Positions 41,920 through 54,230 of a stretch of 64,000 nt of DNA are shown in pieces. Position numbers and translations under genes: made by a program. The DNA comes from Eledone cirrhosa. Lineage: Eukaryota. The notes beneath the pieces were generated by a model that had not been told where the DNA came from, ran no database searches, and saw only the letters and a list, made by a program, of their open reading frames with translations. The stretch spans positions 2,356,001-2,420,000 of the forward strand of contig OZ024755.1 of the NCBI GenBank assembly GCA_964016885.1. Reading direction: 5' to 3'. Numbering within the stretch: the first letter of the stretch is position 1; each line of letters starts with the position of its first letter.

Positions 41920-42300
41920 TCACTACCATCATCATCACCACCACTTTCACCACCACCACCACTTTCACCACCACCACCATCACCACTATCATCTTCACCA
42001 TCGCCACCATCTTCACCATCACCACCACCGTCATCCCTATCACCCCCCCCCTGACCATCACCAGAACCATCATCACCATCATCCCCATTACTCACCACAA
42101 CCATCATCATTACCACCACCCCTCCACCACCATTACCACCACACCACCATCACCACTCCTTCACCACTACCACCACTACCACTACCACCACTACCACCAC
42201 CACTACCACCACTACCACCCCCACAATCACCCACCCCCACCACCACCATCACCCCCACTACCACCATCATCATCATCAGTAACAACCAACAACAGCTACT
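41920..42300. repeat. (ACC/ATC)n trinucleotide tract
   Basis: Visible in the sequence. Confidence 0.9.
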
Positions 42301-42770
42301 GTAAAGTCCCATTAATTTAACTTGTCTAAGAATATCTCCATTCATCTTTGCCGTTTCATATCTAGTTACACTGTTGGCTTTTAATAATAAATATTTTCCT
42401 CCAGTTGGAGATCTCAGCAGTTTTAAAACACTGTTTATTATATTTAGACGTTCCTTAATTGAATAAAAACATTTCATCTTACTCCACACCACCCTCCTCC
42501 ACACCCCTCCCCAGCTTTTCCTTTTCTTTTCAAACTTTCTTAGTAATATCACTTGGTCTTTCTTTATATTAGTATATATATTTTTTTTTCCTTTTAGAAG
42601 AATCTCCTGTACTTTCTTGAAAGATTTCATTACAGCTTTTACCTCCTCCCTCCACATCCTTCTTCTTCTTAGAAAGATTAGCTACAATTAAAGGGCTGCT
42701 TGTCTCTCCACACTCCTGCACTTCAATTTCTATTCCACTCACTCACAAACATACTCTCTCTCTCTCTCTC

Positions 42771-42800
<30 letters not shown>

Positions 42801-42803
<3 letters not shown>

Positions 42804-42930
42804 TTCCATTACCATTATAAGGGGTCTGACGAGCCGTGGATTACAGAGTCGGGCTAGATCGATATAGATCCAACCTTGAGCTGATCAGTGGCGAAACGCG
42901 CGTCACCAACCAGTAAACGTAATGAAGGAG
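42801..42930 (+). ncRNA. Type I hammerhead ribozyme with long stem II insertion, at the 5' end of a TA-flanked element (42801-43066)
   Basis: ggt CTGACGA gccg-tggattacagagtcgggctagatcgatatagatccaaccttgagctgatcag-tggc GAAA cgcgcg TC acc. Distal stem I ttcttccattac / gtaatgaaggag. Predicted cut after C42904. Confidence 0.88.
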
Positions 42931-43076
42931 TAACCAATCGTCCTTGTTTTATTTTATTTTACTATAATACACTCTGTCTAGCTCTACACCTCGACACTGA
43001 AGTGAACCTAAACACCGAGTGCTCACCCGGGTGAACCTACAGTAACTCCAAGTTACACTCCCTGGATATATACATA

Positions 43077-43131
<55 letters not shown>

Positions 43132-43161
43132 ATCAGACTAGATGCAGTAAAAACCTGTTAG

Positions 43162-43330
43162 ACCATTACCCACCAAAGTACTCGATACTTGGGGTAGTAG
43201 AATGTGGTAATATGAAGGATTCAGGACCCTGAGGACTGAGCTTTTGCGGTTTCAACAGCTATTTCTGAACTATTTCAGAAATCGCTGTTGAAACAGGAGG
43301 AGCTCAGCCACTGGGCTCCTGAATCCTTCA
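43162..43330 (-). mobile_element. Diverged fold-back element, family 1
   Basis: atatgaaggattcaggaccc...gtttcaacagctatttctgaa / ttcagaaatcgctgttgaaac...cctgaatccttcatat. Confidence 0.78.
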
Positions 43331-43545
43331 TATATATATATGCACTAGAAGTCTAAATGTTAAGCTCATTATTATGTCTTAACCCTTTAGCATTTACATT
43401 ACTCTATATTTACTATTGAATCTATAAGATTTTGATGATATTTATTTTGAGAACAATGCCTTAAAATAAGTATGAGCAGCCAGTTACAGCCAGTTTGAGC
43501 AGAAAGAAGTGTGAGGATTCTGGCCGGATATGGCTAGATTAGATA

Positions 43546-43602
43546 GTCCAGAAATAGCCGACGAAACGGCTTGAGCTCTGCCGTCGGGGTCAAACATTTT
43601 CC
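43546..43602 (+). mobile_element. Solo arm of fold-back family 1
   Basis: Matches 11331-11390. Confidence 0.8.
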
Positions 43603-43695
43603 TATATATATATATATATACATTTTTAGACCACGCTGAGGATCCGAATAAGGTGATATATTTGTTCTCAATATGGTGAACTAACTGTGGAACTA

Positions 43696-43742
<47 letters not shown>

Positions 43743-43943
43743 ACACATTGTCACGTCGGTATTTTGAACTCGTACCGACTCAATTTGCTTTCTCATTTGA
43801 ATCTCATACCACAGCATGTGAAATTTCTCATGGTTGACATACTAACAGTGGACAGAAACAGTCTTTATACATATACATACATATGATCAAAGACGTTCCA
43901 AACGTGACTATCTCACCCTATATCCAGACATTATTATATCTAA

Positions 43944-44095
43944 ACCTCGGCGGGATTTGAACTCAGACTGCTCTTTACGGTCTGAGTTCAAATCCCGCCG
44001 AGGTTAACTTTGCCTTTCATCCTTACGGGGTCGATAAAATAAAGTACCAGTAATACACTGGGATAGTTGCTGGCCTTGTGCCAAAAGTAGAAACA
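43944..44095 (+). mobile_element. SINE family A with an inverted duplicated 5' segment and 14 bp TSD
   Basis: attattatatctaa at 43930-43943 and 44096-44109; 43943-43968 is the reverse complement of 43980-44005. Confidence 0.9.
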
Positions 44096-44852
44096 ATTAT
44101 TATATCTAAGACCACTATTGCTGAATAATATCCATTCCTATTTATTTAAGACCTTAAGATTCTTCAACTGGTAAGATTTGGTTGATATTTCTAGCTAGTC
44201 AAGCAACCACATAGAGGCCCCTATATTGGCACGTAATGTAATGCAATGCTAGTCGTATAAAATTGTGTTCACCTCATAAAGCTTTCCTTTTCCACCATTT
44301 TGTTTTTTGCGATCGTTTTTGTTTTGTTTTCGTATTCTTTGCTATTTTTTTTTCTTTTTAATCCTGTCTTAGTTTACGTCTTCGTAAATGTCTGGTTGTC
44401 TGCTAAAAATAATAAACTCAAGCTATCTTTACCCCCAAAATAACAAATTTAATAAACAAGGCATGTGTGTGTTTCTATAAAACCTTTCTTTCGAACTGTG
44501 TCTCTATATGGACATTAGATATTTTCAAATCATTTCTTCCATCTCGTTGGTTCGCATTTTATTTCATTTCATCTTTTTTTAGGGCGGTTTTTTCTCAGTT
44601 CTGTCTTAGCTGGCCTCTTTCACCAAGTTGGTTTGTCTACAACCATAATAACTATTAAATTCCTTCTCTCTCTCCCCCCACACTCCACACACACACAGAC
44701 CTTTTCTTTTTCTCCTAGTTTCTATAAACAAGCACCAGAAGAAAGAATTTAAAAAACACAGAAAAAGTCACCACCAACATCATATAAAACCTCGTTCCCT
44801 TTTAACTTGTCCTCCTTTTTACTTCAGTTCCATTTATTTCTTTACCTCAGCA

Positions 44853-44917
<65 letters not shown>

Positions 44918-45520
44918 TTCTCTCTCTGTCTCTTTCTCTCTGCCACCTCTTGCTCTCGTTTTCTGTCCTGCTCTCATTCTCCCACAGACACACAGTAGAG
45001 GCACACATTCCTGAGGGGAACATAGTCTCCTGTTCTAAATATTGTGACTGAAGAGTGGGGAGGGGTGGCAGTGATTACCCTCGGAATTTCCTGACCAAGT
45101 CTCCTTTTAGGGGTGTTCAGATGGTGAAAAGCAAGTATAGAGACAAAGAGAGAAAGAAGGGAACTTTTATAACTTGGGCTGATCCAATTAACATTTGACC
45201 TTAATCTAGTCCAGCTGACAGAGCCAGGTTTACCAATATCCATAGTAGGCCGCCATTGGCTTAGGGCCCATGGCTATCCGGGACCCTGCTGTATCTCATT
45301 TGTCTCACAATTTCCAATATATATATATATATATATAGGATACCGAAACATGCCAACATTTCTCTCTCTCTCCCTCCCTCCCTCCCTCCCATATACACAC
45401 ATATATATATATATACATATACACACATATATATATATATACATATACACACATATATATACACATATATATACACATATATATACACATATACATGTAT
45501 ATATATATATATTATACACG

Positions 45521-45554
<34 letters not shown>

Positions 45555-45781
45555 TGTATATGTGTATATATATACACATATACATGTATATGTGTATATA
45601 TATACACATATACATGTATATGTGTATATATATATATAACAAGAGAGATATAGGGTAAGTACCCTTCTCACTCTATCTGACTACCTGACCTTGAAACAAG
45701 ACACCGCCATATTTTTCTCACTATTTTTTCACTGTTATTCAATAGTCATTCAGTCTGCTGGAGAAAGAGGAAAAGGGGGAA

Positions 45782-48150
45782 AATGTTGTATAAATATATA
45801 CATATATGACTGTGTGTATATGTAGTATAAATATACACATATATGACTGTGTGTATATGTAGTATAAATATATACATATATGACTGTGTGTATATGTAGT
45901 ATAAATATACACATATATGACTGTGTGTATATGTAGTATAAATATATACATATATGACTGTGTGTATATGTAGTATAAATATACACATATATGACTGTGT
46001 GTATATGTTGTAGAAATATATACATATATGACTGTATGTATATGTTGTAGAAATATACACATATATGTCTGTGTGTATATGTAGTATAAATATACACATA
46101 TATGACTGTGTATATGTAGTATAAATATATACATATATGACTGTGTGTATATGTAGTATAAATATACACATATATGACTGTGTGTATATGTAGTATAAAT
46201 ATATACATATATGACTGTGTGTATATGTAGTATAAATATACACATATATGACTGTGTGTATATGTTGTAGAAATATATACATATATGACTGTATGTATAT
46301 GTTGTAGAAATATACACATATATGTCTGTGTGTATATGTAGTATAAATATACACATATATGACTGTGTGTATATGTAGTATAAATATATACATATATGAC
46401 TGTGTGTATATGTAGTATAAATATACACATATATGACTGTGTGTATATGTAGTATAAATATACACATATATGACTGTATATGTTGTATAAATATATACAT
46501 ATATGACTATATGTATATGTTGTAGAAATATATACATATATGACTGTGTGTATATGTTGTAGAAATATATACATATATGACTGTATGTATATGTTGTAGA
46601 AATATATACATATATGACTGTATGTATATGTTGTAGAAATATATACATATATGACTGTGTGTATATGTTGTAGAAATATATACATATATGACTGTATGTA
46701 TATGTTGTAGAAATATATACATATATGACTGTATGTATATGTTGTAGAAATATACACATATATGACTGTATGTATATGTTGTATAAATATATACATATAT
46801 GACTGTGTATATGTTGTATAAATATATACATATATGACTGTGTGTATATGTTGTAGAAATATACACATATATGACTGTGTGTATATGTTGTAGAAATATA
46901 TACATATATGACTGTGTGTATATGTAGTATAAATATACACATATATGACTGTGTGTATATGTAGTATAAATATACACATATATGACTGTGTGTATATGTT
47001 GTAGAAATATACACATATATGACTGTGTGTATATGTAGTATAAATATACACATATATGACTGTGTGTATATGTTGTAGAAATATACACATATATGACTGT
47101 GTGTATATGTTGTATAAATATATACATATATGACTGTGTGTATATGTAGTATAAATATACACATATATGACTGTGTGTATATGTAGTATAAATATACACA
47201 TATATGACTGTGTGTATATGTTGTAGAAATATACACATATATGACTGTGTATATGTTGTATAAATATACACATATATGACTGTGTATATGTAGTATAAAT
47301 ATACACATATATGACTGTGTGTATATGTAGTATAAATATACACATATATGACTGTGTGTATATGTTGTAGAAATATACACATATATGACTGTGTATATGT
47401 TGTATAAATATACACATATATGACTGTGTGTATATGTTGTATAAATATACACATATATGACTGTGTGTATATGTTGTAGAAATATATACATATATGACTG
47501 TATGTATATGTTGTAGAAATATATACATATATGACTGTATGTATATGTTGTAGAAATATATACATATATGACTGTATGTATATGTTGTAGAAATATATAC
47601 ATATATGACTGTATGTATATGTTGTATAAATATATACATATATGACTGTATGTATATGTTGTAGAAATATATACATATATGACTGTATGTATATGTTGTA
47701 GAAATATATACATATATGACTGTATGTATATGTTGTAGAAATATATACATATATGACTGTGTATATGTTGTATAAATATATACATATATGACTGTATGTA
47801 TATGTTGTAGAAATATATACATATATGACTGTATGTATATGTTGTAGAAATATATACATATATGACTGTATGTATATGTTGTAGAAATATATACATATAT
47901 GACTGTGTATATGTTGTATAAATATATACATATATGACTGTATGTATATGTTGTAGAAATATATACATATATGACTATGTATATATTGTAGAAATATATA
48001 CATATATGACTGTGTATATGTTGTATAAATATATACATATATGACTGTATGTATATGTTGTAGAAATATACACATATATGTCTGTGTGTATATGTTGTAT
48101 AAATATATACATATATGACTGTATGTATATGTTGTATAAATATATACATA
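45782..48150. repeat. Minisatellite, 37 bp unit x ~64 (atatgactgtgtgtatatgtagtataaatatacacat)
   Basis: Tandem array; source of the 548-799 aa pseudo-ORFs. Confidence 0.98.
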
Positions 48151-48860
48151 CATGACTATATGTTACACTAATATACACATACATGACTATATATATGTTA
48201 CACTAATATATACATATATATAGTCATGTATGTATATATTAGTGTAACATATATAGTCATGTGACTATATATATGTTACACTAATATATACATATACATG
48301 ACTATATATATGTTAGACTAATATATCTCTCTCTCTCTCTCACTGTCCCTATCTCTCTCTCACACTGTCCCTATCTATCTCTCTCTCTCTCTCACTGTCC
48401 CTATCTCTCTCTCTCCCTCCCAATTGAAAGGAAAATTAAGGACCCAGCATAGAAGACAGAGATAAGAGAGAGTATTTTTTAATGTCACTGATACATATAT
48501 ATATACATACATATATACACACATACATATATACACACCTACATATATACACACCTACATATATACACATACATATATACACACCTACATAACTACACAC
48601 CTACACATACACTCTGCCACACACACACTGCCTCACACACACTGCCTCACACACACACCACCACCACACACATACCACCACGTACACCCCCACCTCCACC
48701 ACACACCACACACACACACCACCTCTTATTCAGTTTTCTTTTTAGATATTCCTTGTATTAAGTTAACCTTATTGTCCTCTTCTGTGACTCTATTATTTTC
48801 ACTGTTGTAATAGAGAAAATATGTTTGCAGTTCTACCTGATAACTTCATTATTTGTGTGA

Positions 48861-48937
<77 letters not shown>

Positions 48938-48990
48938 CTCGATACTGACGTGAACCTACGCTAACTTCACTTTACACTCCTTATATATAT

Positions 48991-49325
48991 GGGAGGCACA
49001 TGGCTTAGTGGTTAGAGAATTGGCCTTGCAATCGCAAGGTTGTGAGTTCAATTCTCAGACCGGGTGATGTGTTGTTTCCTTGAGCAAGACACTTTATTTC
49101 ACATTGCTCCAGTTTACTCAGCTGTAGAAATGAGATGATAGGGACTGGGGTCGCTATTATTCCACTGCAAAAGTGGTCGTGGAGGTGCCACGGCAAAAAA
49201 ACACCCAGCACTCACTGTAAATGAGGTTGGTGTTAGGAAGGGCATCCAGCTGTAGAAATCAAGCCAGAATCAGTTCCCGTCCCACCCTTGCAAGCAGGGA
49301 AAAGCGGACGTAAAATGAAATGATG

Positions 49326-49326
<1 letters not shown>
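48991..49326 (+). mobile_element. Full-length SINE family B
   Basis: Close match to 19559-19884. Confidence 0.92.
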
Positions 49327-49359
<33 letters not shown>

Positions 49360-49474
49360 ATTTCAGCTTTTTGTGAAACTTTATTGCAATTGTTTCTATA
49401 TTGATCAGCTCGGGATTGATCAAACGATCAGATCCCAACTCTTAATCAAATACTTCTTCAGTTATGTGAGTTTA

Positions 49475-49759
49475 CATGGGTGGTCCTAAAAATTGTATAC
49501 ACAGCGAAAAAAATGCATTAAAACTGTTTTATATGCATTATTTAAATTGCCTTTCATCCTTACGGGGTCGATAAAATAAAGTACCAGTAATACACTGGGA
49601 TAATTGCAGGCCTTGTGCCAAAAGTAGAAACAATTATTTAAATTATGTAAACATTTTTTGTGTTTACATACAATTGAATTATGTCTGTAGATCATTTTAT
49701 TTTTAGGAAAGGCTGTACAGGTAATGAAAGTGCGTATACATTTTTTGGGGGATACGCTG
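49475..49759. mobile_element. Tc1/mariner MITE interrupted by a truncated SINE family A (49549-49632)
   Basis: Diverged TIRs catgggtggtcctaaaaattgtatac / gtatacattttttgggggatacgctg, TA-flanked. SINE TSD attatttaaatt at 49537-49548 and 49633-49644. Confidence 0.75.
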
Positions 49760-50278
49760 TATATATGTTACAAAGATTTACTCTATTATGGGTGATGGTG
49801 GGGTAGTCGACTAGATGAACAGGAGAAAAAGCTTTAGGAAGGTTCGTTTCTTTCCAATCTCACTTGCTTTCTCCTTAAATGTTAGACTCGGTTGCTCTCC
49901 AATTTTATATATTTAATATTTATAATCTCTGCTTTGTCTCTCTTAGTTTTGCTTGTGTACCCACATACACACGTGTGTGTGTGTGTGGGGAAACACAGTT
50001 ATGGCTAAGTGCTTATTCATAATCATTGCTATCTTAGGCAAGTGTCATGTCTCATGTGATTGTAAAGAGGAGTTTGTTTGAAGTAGAGAAGTGACCCCCA
50101 CCACCAACACTAGAAGTCATACAGCTCTGCTCCAGTTTTCATGTCTCCATTGTCAACATTATTTTAGGTCAAAAGTGACACTCAAGTGACAACCTGATAT
50201 GTTTGTCTCCTAGCCCAGGTTCTGTTGCCTGTCATTCCAAAGAGGGCATACTATCCAAGTCTCAGTCACTCTGTGTCA

Positions 50279-50400
50279 AATAATTGTTTCTACTTTTGGC
50301 ACAAGGCCAGCAATTACCCAGTACATTACTGGTACTTTATTTTATCGACCCCGTAAGGATGAAAGGCAAAGTTAACCTCGGCAGGATTTGAACTCAGAAT
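50279..50400 (-). mobile_element. Truncated SINE family A
   Basis: Near-consensus sequence. Confidence 0.9.
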
Positions 50401-50483
50401 CTATGTTGTCAAGGGAATTAATTTCATTGTTTCTACCCCTCTGCCAAAATTTGTCTTTTATTCATGTTAAAAATTATTTTTAT

Positions 50484-50529
50484 GCTAATGTGATTATTAA
50501 AATGTTTTTCTCTCTCTTTGTAGGTAAGT
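50484..50529 (+). promoter_or_regulatory. Candidate recursive splice site (branch point, polypyrimidine tract, AG|GTAAGT)
   Basis: gctaat ... gtttttctctctctttgtag|gtaagt, with no other AG between the branch point and the acceptor. Confidence 0.55.
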
Positions 50530-51064
50530 ATGAAACCAAGTTAAAGTTTTGAAGCAGTAAGCAATAAATTTTTTTTTTATTTTCATAATCTGAAGGTTTA
50601 TTTTTTGTTTATAGTTACTGTTAATTATATTTAAGTTTTTTTTTTCTTTTTTGCTCTTTTCCCACATTTTAATAATTTAAGACCTGAGCTTAGTGGTGGT
50701 TTTATTTTATAACAGTGAATTCAATTCCTATGCCATATATTAACACTTTCCATTCTAACCCACCCAAATCTTGTTCTGCTTCTATGAAACAAAACCACAA
50801 ATTTTTAAAAAATGCCTATTTAAATTAAAATCTTCTAACATAATTTTACGTAAGAACCAAATCTTAAGTTACTATCTAAACTATAATAAAGGAAGGTTTG
50901 CGGGACTGTGTACGGTTTATTTATTTTTTATCCTGTTAGTAAAATAAGTTGGATTACTTTGAATAAATAATGAATGACTATTACATAATTTATCCACTAA
51001 ATTTCGTTAACAAAAATGATTTCGTAAAAATAAATAATTTAAAATTGACTTCTTTTCAAAGTTG

Positions 51065-51157
51065 CACTTCCGGTATATCGTTGCCACCACCACCACTTCC
51101 ACTTCAACTACCATATATATAGAAAGAGAGAGAGTGTATGATGTCAACACTTCCGGT
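51065..51157. promoter_or_regulatory. Two ETS-type motifs (CACTTCCGGT), possible promoter
   Basis: Identical 10-mers at 51065-51074 and 51148-51157 in non-repeat DNA. Confidence 0.35.
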
Positions 51158-51231
51158 GGCGATTTTATTTGATGTAACATATCTACATGGCTATATACTT
51201 GCGTATAATATCAATATACACACTATACATG

Positions 51232-51267
51232 CTAGCAGAAAACCACCCGAGGGTGGTTTTCTGCTAG
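51232..51267. repeat. Perfect palindrome (17 bp arms, 2 nt spacer)
   Basis: ctagcagaaaaccaccc-ga-gggtggttttctgctag. Confidence 0.9.
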
Positions 51268-51892
51268 TTTTAGAAATGAAATTATTAATAATTTGAGTAA
51301 ATCTCTGAAAATTCTTCAATAATCAATCGAAATATGTATTTCATTAGAAATACAGACATGAAAGGTTTAATATAGATCACACTCTACATACCAACATTCC
51401 ACCATATGGTGTAGAACACCTAATAGCACCATACAATACCCCAGACCACAATATGATAGTAAAAACTACCATATGATATACAACACCTTACGGTACACAA
51501 GACCATCACAATACACTTAATACTACCATGAGTCAGCAAGAGACCCTCTGTGGCTGCTCAACCTACTAAAAATAGCAACCCATGTGTCTTATTCTATCTT
51601 AAGAAAGAAAGAACATCTCAGATAAGGTAATTATGGATATATTATGTCTATGGTACCAGAAGTAAGTATCTTTTACACTGGCCATGGCCTTTATACTATA
51701 TATATCATAATTAAAAATAAAAGTATTGGCTGGCTTCAGGAAGGGCATCTGATGATGAAAAGACTGCTTCAAAGTTGGCAGATCTGTTAGAACACTGGGT
51801 AGGTTGCTTTGTGGTATTTCTTTTGACTTTCTGCTCTCTGAGTTCAAATTCTGCCAAGGTCAGCTTTACCGTTCATCCATTCAGGAGTTATG

Positions 51893-52172
51893 GGTCCATA
51901 CATACATAACATTAGCCCTCTTTCATACCAGGAGTTATAAGGTCATTACATAACATAACATTAGCCCTCCTTCATACCAGGAGTTATAAGGTCATTACAT
52001 AACATTAACCCTCCAACATACCAGGAGTCATAGGTCCATACATAACATAACATTAACCCTCCAACATACCAGGAGTCATAGGTCCATACATAACATAACA
52101 TTAACCCTCCAACATACCAGGAGTCATAGGTCCATACATAACATAACATTAACCCTCCAACATACCAGGAGT
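51893..52172. repeat. ~48 bp unit x ~5
   Basis: cattaaccctccaacataccaggagtcataggtccatacataacataa repeated. Confidence 0.92.
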
Positions 52173-54019
52173 TAGAAGTCTTCCACTCATTACTTGACCA
52201 CACAATTCTAATAATATAAATATGAAGATGTTTGAATCTCTCCACCATTGTTTTCCAATAATTTCAAAAGGGAAATAATTGAGAGAAAAGAAAAGAAAAG
52301 AAATCAAAATTCCTCTAAATTCCATTGTTCATTTGTAAAGTTGGAAAATTTCAACAAACAATGGCTATTTCATTCTGATTCTTGTAATATTGGTTTAGCA
52401 CTGATTCTTCAGTTTGCTAGTTAATTGCTTTTGTTGAGTTAAAGGTCTCTTTTAAGCAGGAGACTTGGTGGGGTGTGTGTGTCTGCAAATACTTGATTGG
52501 TAGAATTGCTTATCAGTTCTTAGAATGTATGGTACCAGCATGGTTCTCTCTCTCTCTCTCTCTCTTTCTACTCCTCTTTCTCTCTCTGTCTCGTCTCGCT
52601 CTCCGTCTCGCTCTCTTGTCTCTCTCTCTTGTCTCTCTTTCTCCCCGCCCTCTTCTCTTTCTCTCTCTCATTCTACCCCTCTTTCTCTCCCCCGCCCCCT
52701 CTCTGTTTCCCTCATCTCTCCCTCTCTCTCTCTCTCCTCTCTCCCCCACGCTCCCCTTCTACCCCCCCTCTCAATATTATATTATTTATCTGCTGTAATG
52801 TAAATATATTTGTTGCCATCCGGCCATTAACAAAAGACTGCAAATAGGAAGTATATGTTGGAAATGCTTGTCTTTTAATAACAATGTTCTCTTTCCGGTG
52901 GGGAGGGGGTTCATCTCCTTTTTTTTTTTGTTTTCCATTTAACTGTATGTACATGTGTATTTATCAGTGTGTATGTGTGAGTATATGTATGTAAGTATTT
53001 GTAAGTATGTATGAGTATATGTATGTAAGTATACGTATGTAAGTATGTGTATGTGTATGTAAGTATACATAAGTATGTATGCGTAAGTATGTATGTATGA
53101 GTATATGTATGTGCGTGTATGTATGTATGTGAGGGAGGAAATGATAAGTCTCCCTTTCCTACTTATCATTTAGTTTCATCTCATTTTAGTTTTCTCTCTT
53201 TCCTTCCCCTCTCCTTCACCTTACTCTCTCTCTTTCCTTCCCCTCTCCTTCACCTTACTCTCTCTCTTTCCTTCCCCTCTCCTTCACCTTACTCTCTCTC
53301 TTTCCTTCTCCTCTCCTTCACCTTCCTCTTATTGTTTATCTCAATTTGTTCCAAGTACTTATGATAAAAATATTTGTACAAGATCTTCAATCTCAACTGA
53401 CCAAATAGACAATTTATGAACCCCTCCCTCTCCTATATCTGTTTCCTTTTTTACATTAACCCCCTCCTCCCCTACATTCTTATCTTTTCTTTTCTTTCTT
53501 TCTTTAACTTTATTCCTTTGTTACAGTTAAGTTCTTAGTTCAAATCCTGGTTGGAGGATCAAATTTCATTCTGGAGGGCAGTGGGGGGCAGGTTTCATTC
53601 AGGTGGCGGTTGGAGTTGGAGGGTCAAGTTTATAAAACAAAATACTAGTAGTCATGTATCAGGTCAATTAAATTGACTATGTACCTCTCATCTTATAATT
53701 TGACCTTCAGCCTACTTTAAAAATGTTGTTAGCTAGTATTACTGGCGGACAAATGTACAGTTGTGGTATTTTGGTTGTTAGTTTGTTAAACTCATAATCA
53801 TAAGGTTGTGGGTTCAATTTCTGGACCCAAGCAACATGTTGGGTTCTTGAGCAAAAGGATTTATTTTATTCACATTCCTTCTTCCAGGAGATGTGACCCG
53901 CAGAGAGAGATGGTTGTAGTAATAGAAAAAAACAAACGAGAAATATTGTTTCCTAGCTTTGATCTGATGATCAGCCCCCCCCCCCCCCCTTTTTTAATGG
54001 ATGGAGTTCAAATGCTATG

Positions 54020-54230
54020 AGGGATACATCGGTAGAGCATCGGACACCATGCTTCGTAGCATAGAATTACGGCCCTTTACGTTCCAAGTCAAATCCCGCC
54101 AAGGTTAGCTTTGCCTTTCATCCTTACCAGGTTGATAAAATAAAGTACCAGTAATGCATTGGAGTCAATTTAATCGATTTTCCCCACCCCCAAAATTGTT
54201 GGTCTTGTGTCTAAATCAGAAATCATTATT
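54020..54230 (+). mobile_element. SINE family A
   Basis: Head, central domain and tail motifs present. Confidence 0.85.

Noticed and set aside
43634-43670. ctgaggatccgaataaggtgata as a hammerhead
   Set aside because: GAAA is absent and stem I cannot be formed.
45739-48184. 548-799 aa ORFs
   Set aside because: Translations of a 37-bp AT-rich minisatellite, with the same peptide cycling through all frames.
53480-53533. Second recursive splice site (polyY-cag|ttaagt)
   Set aside because: The donor lacks the invariant GT.
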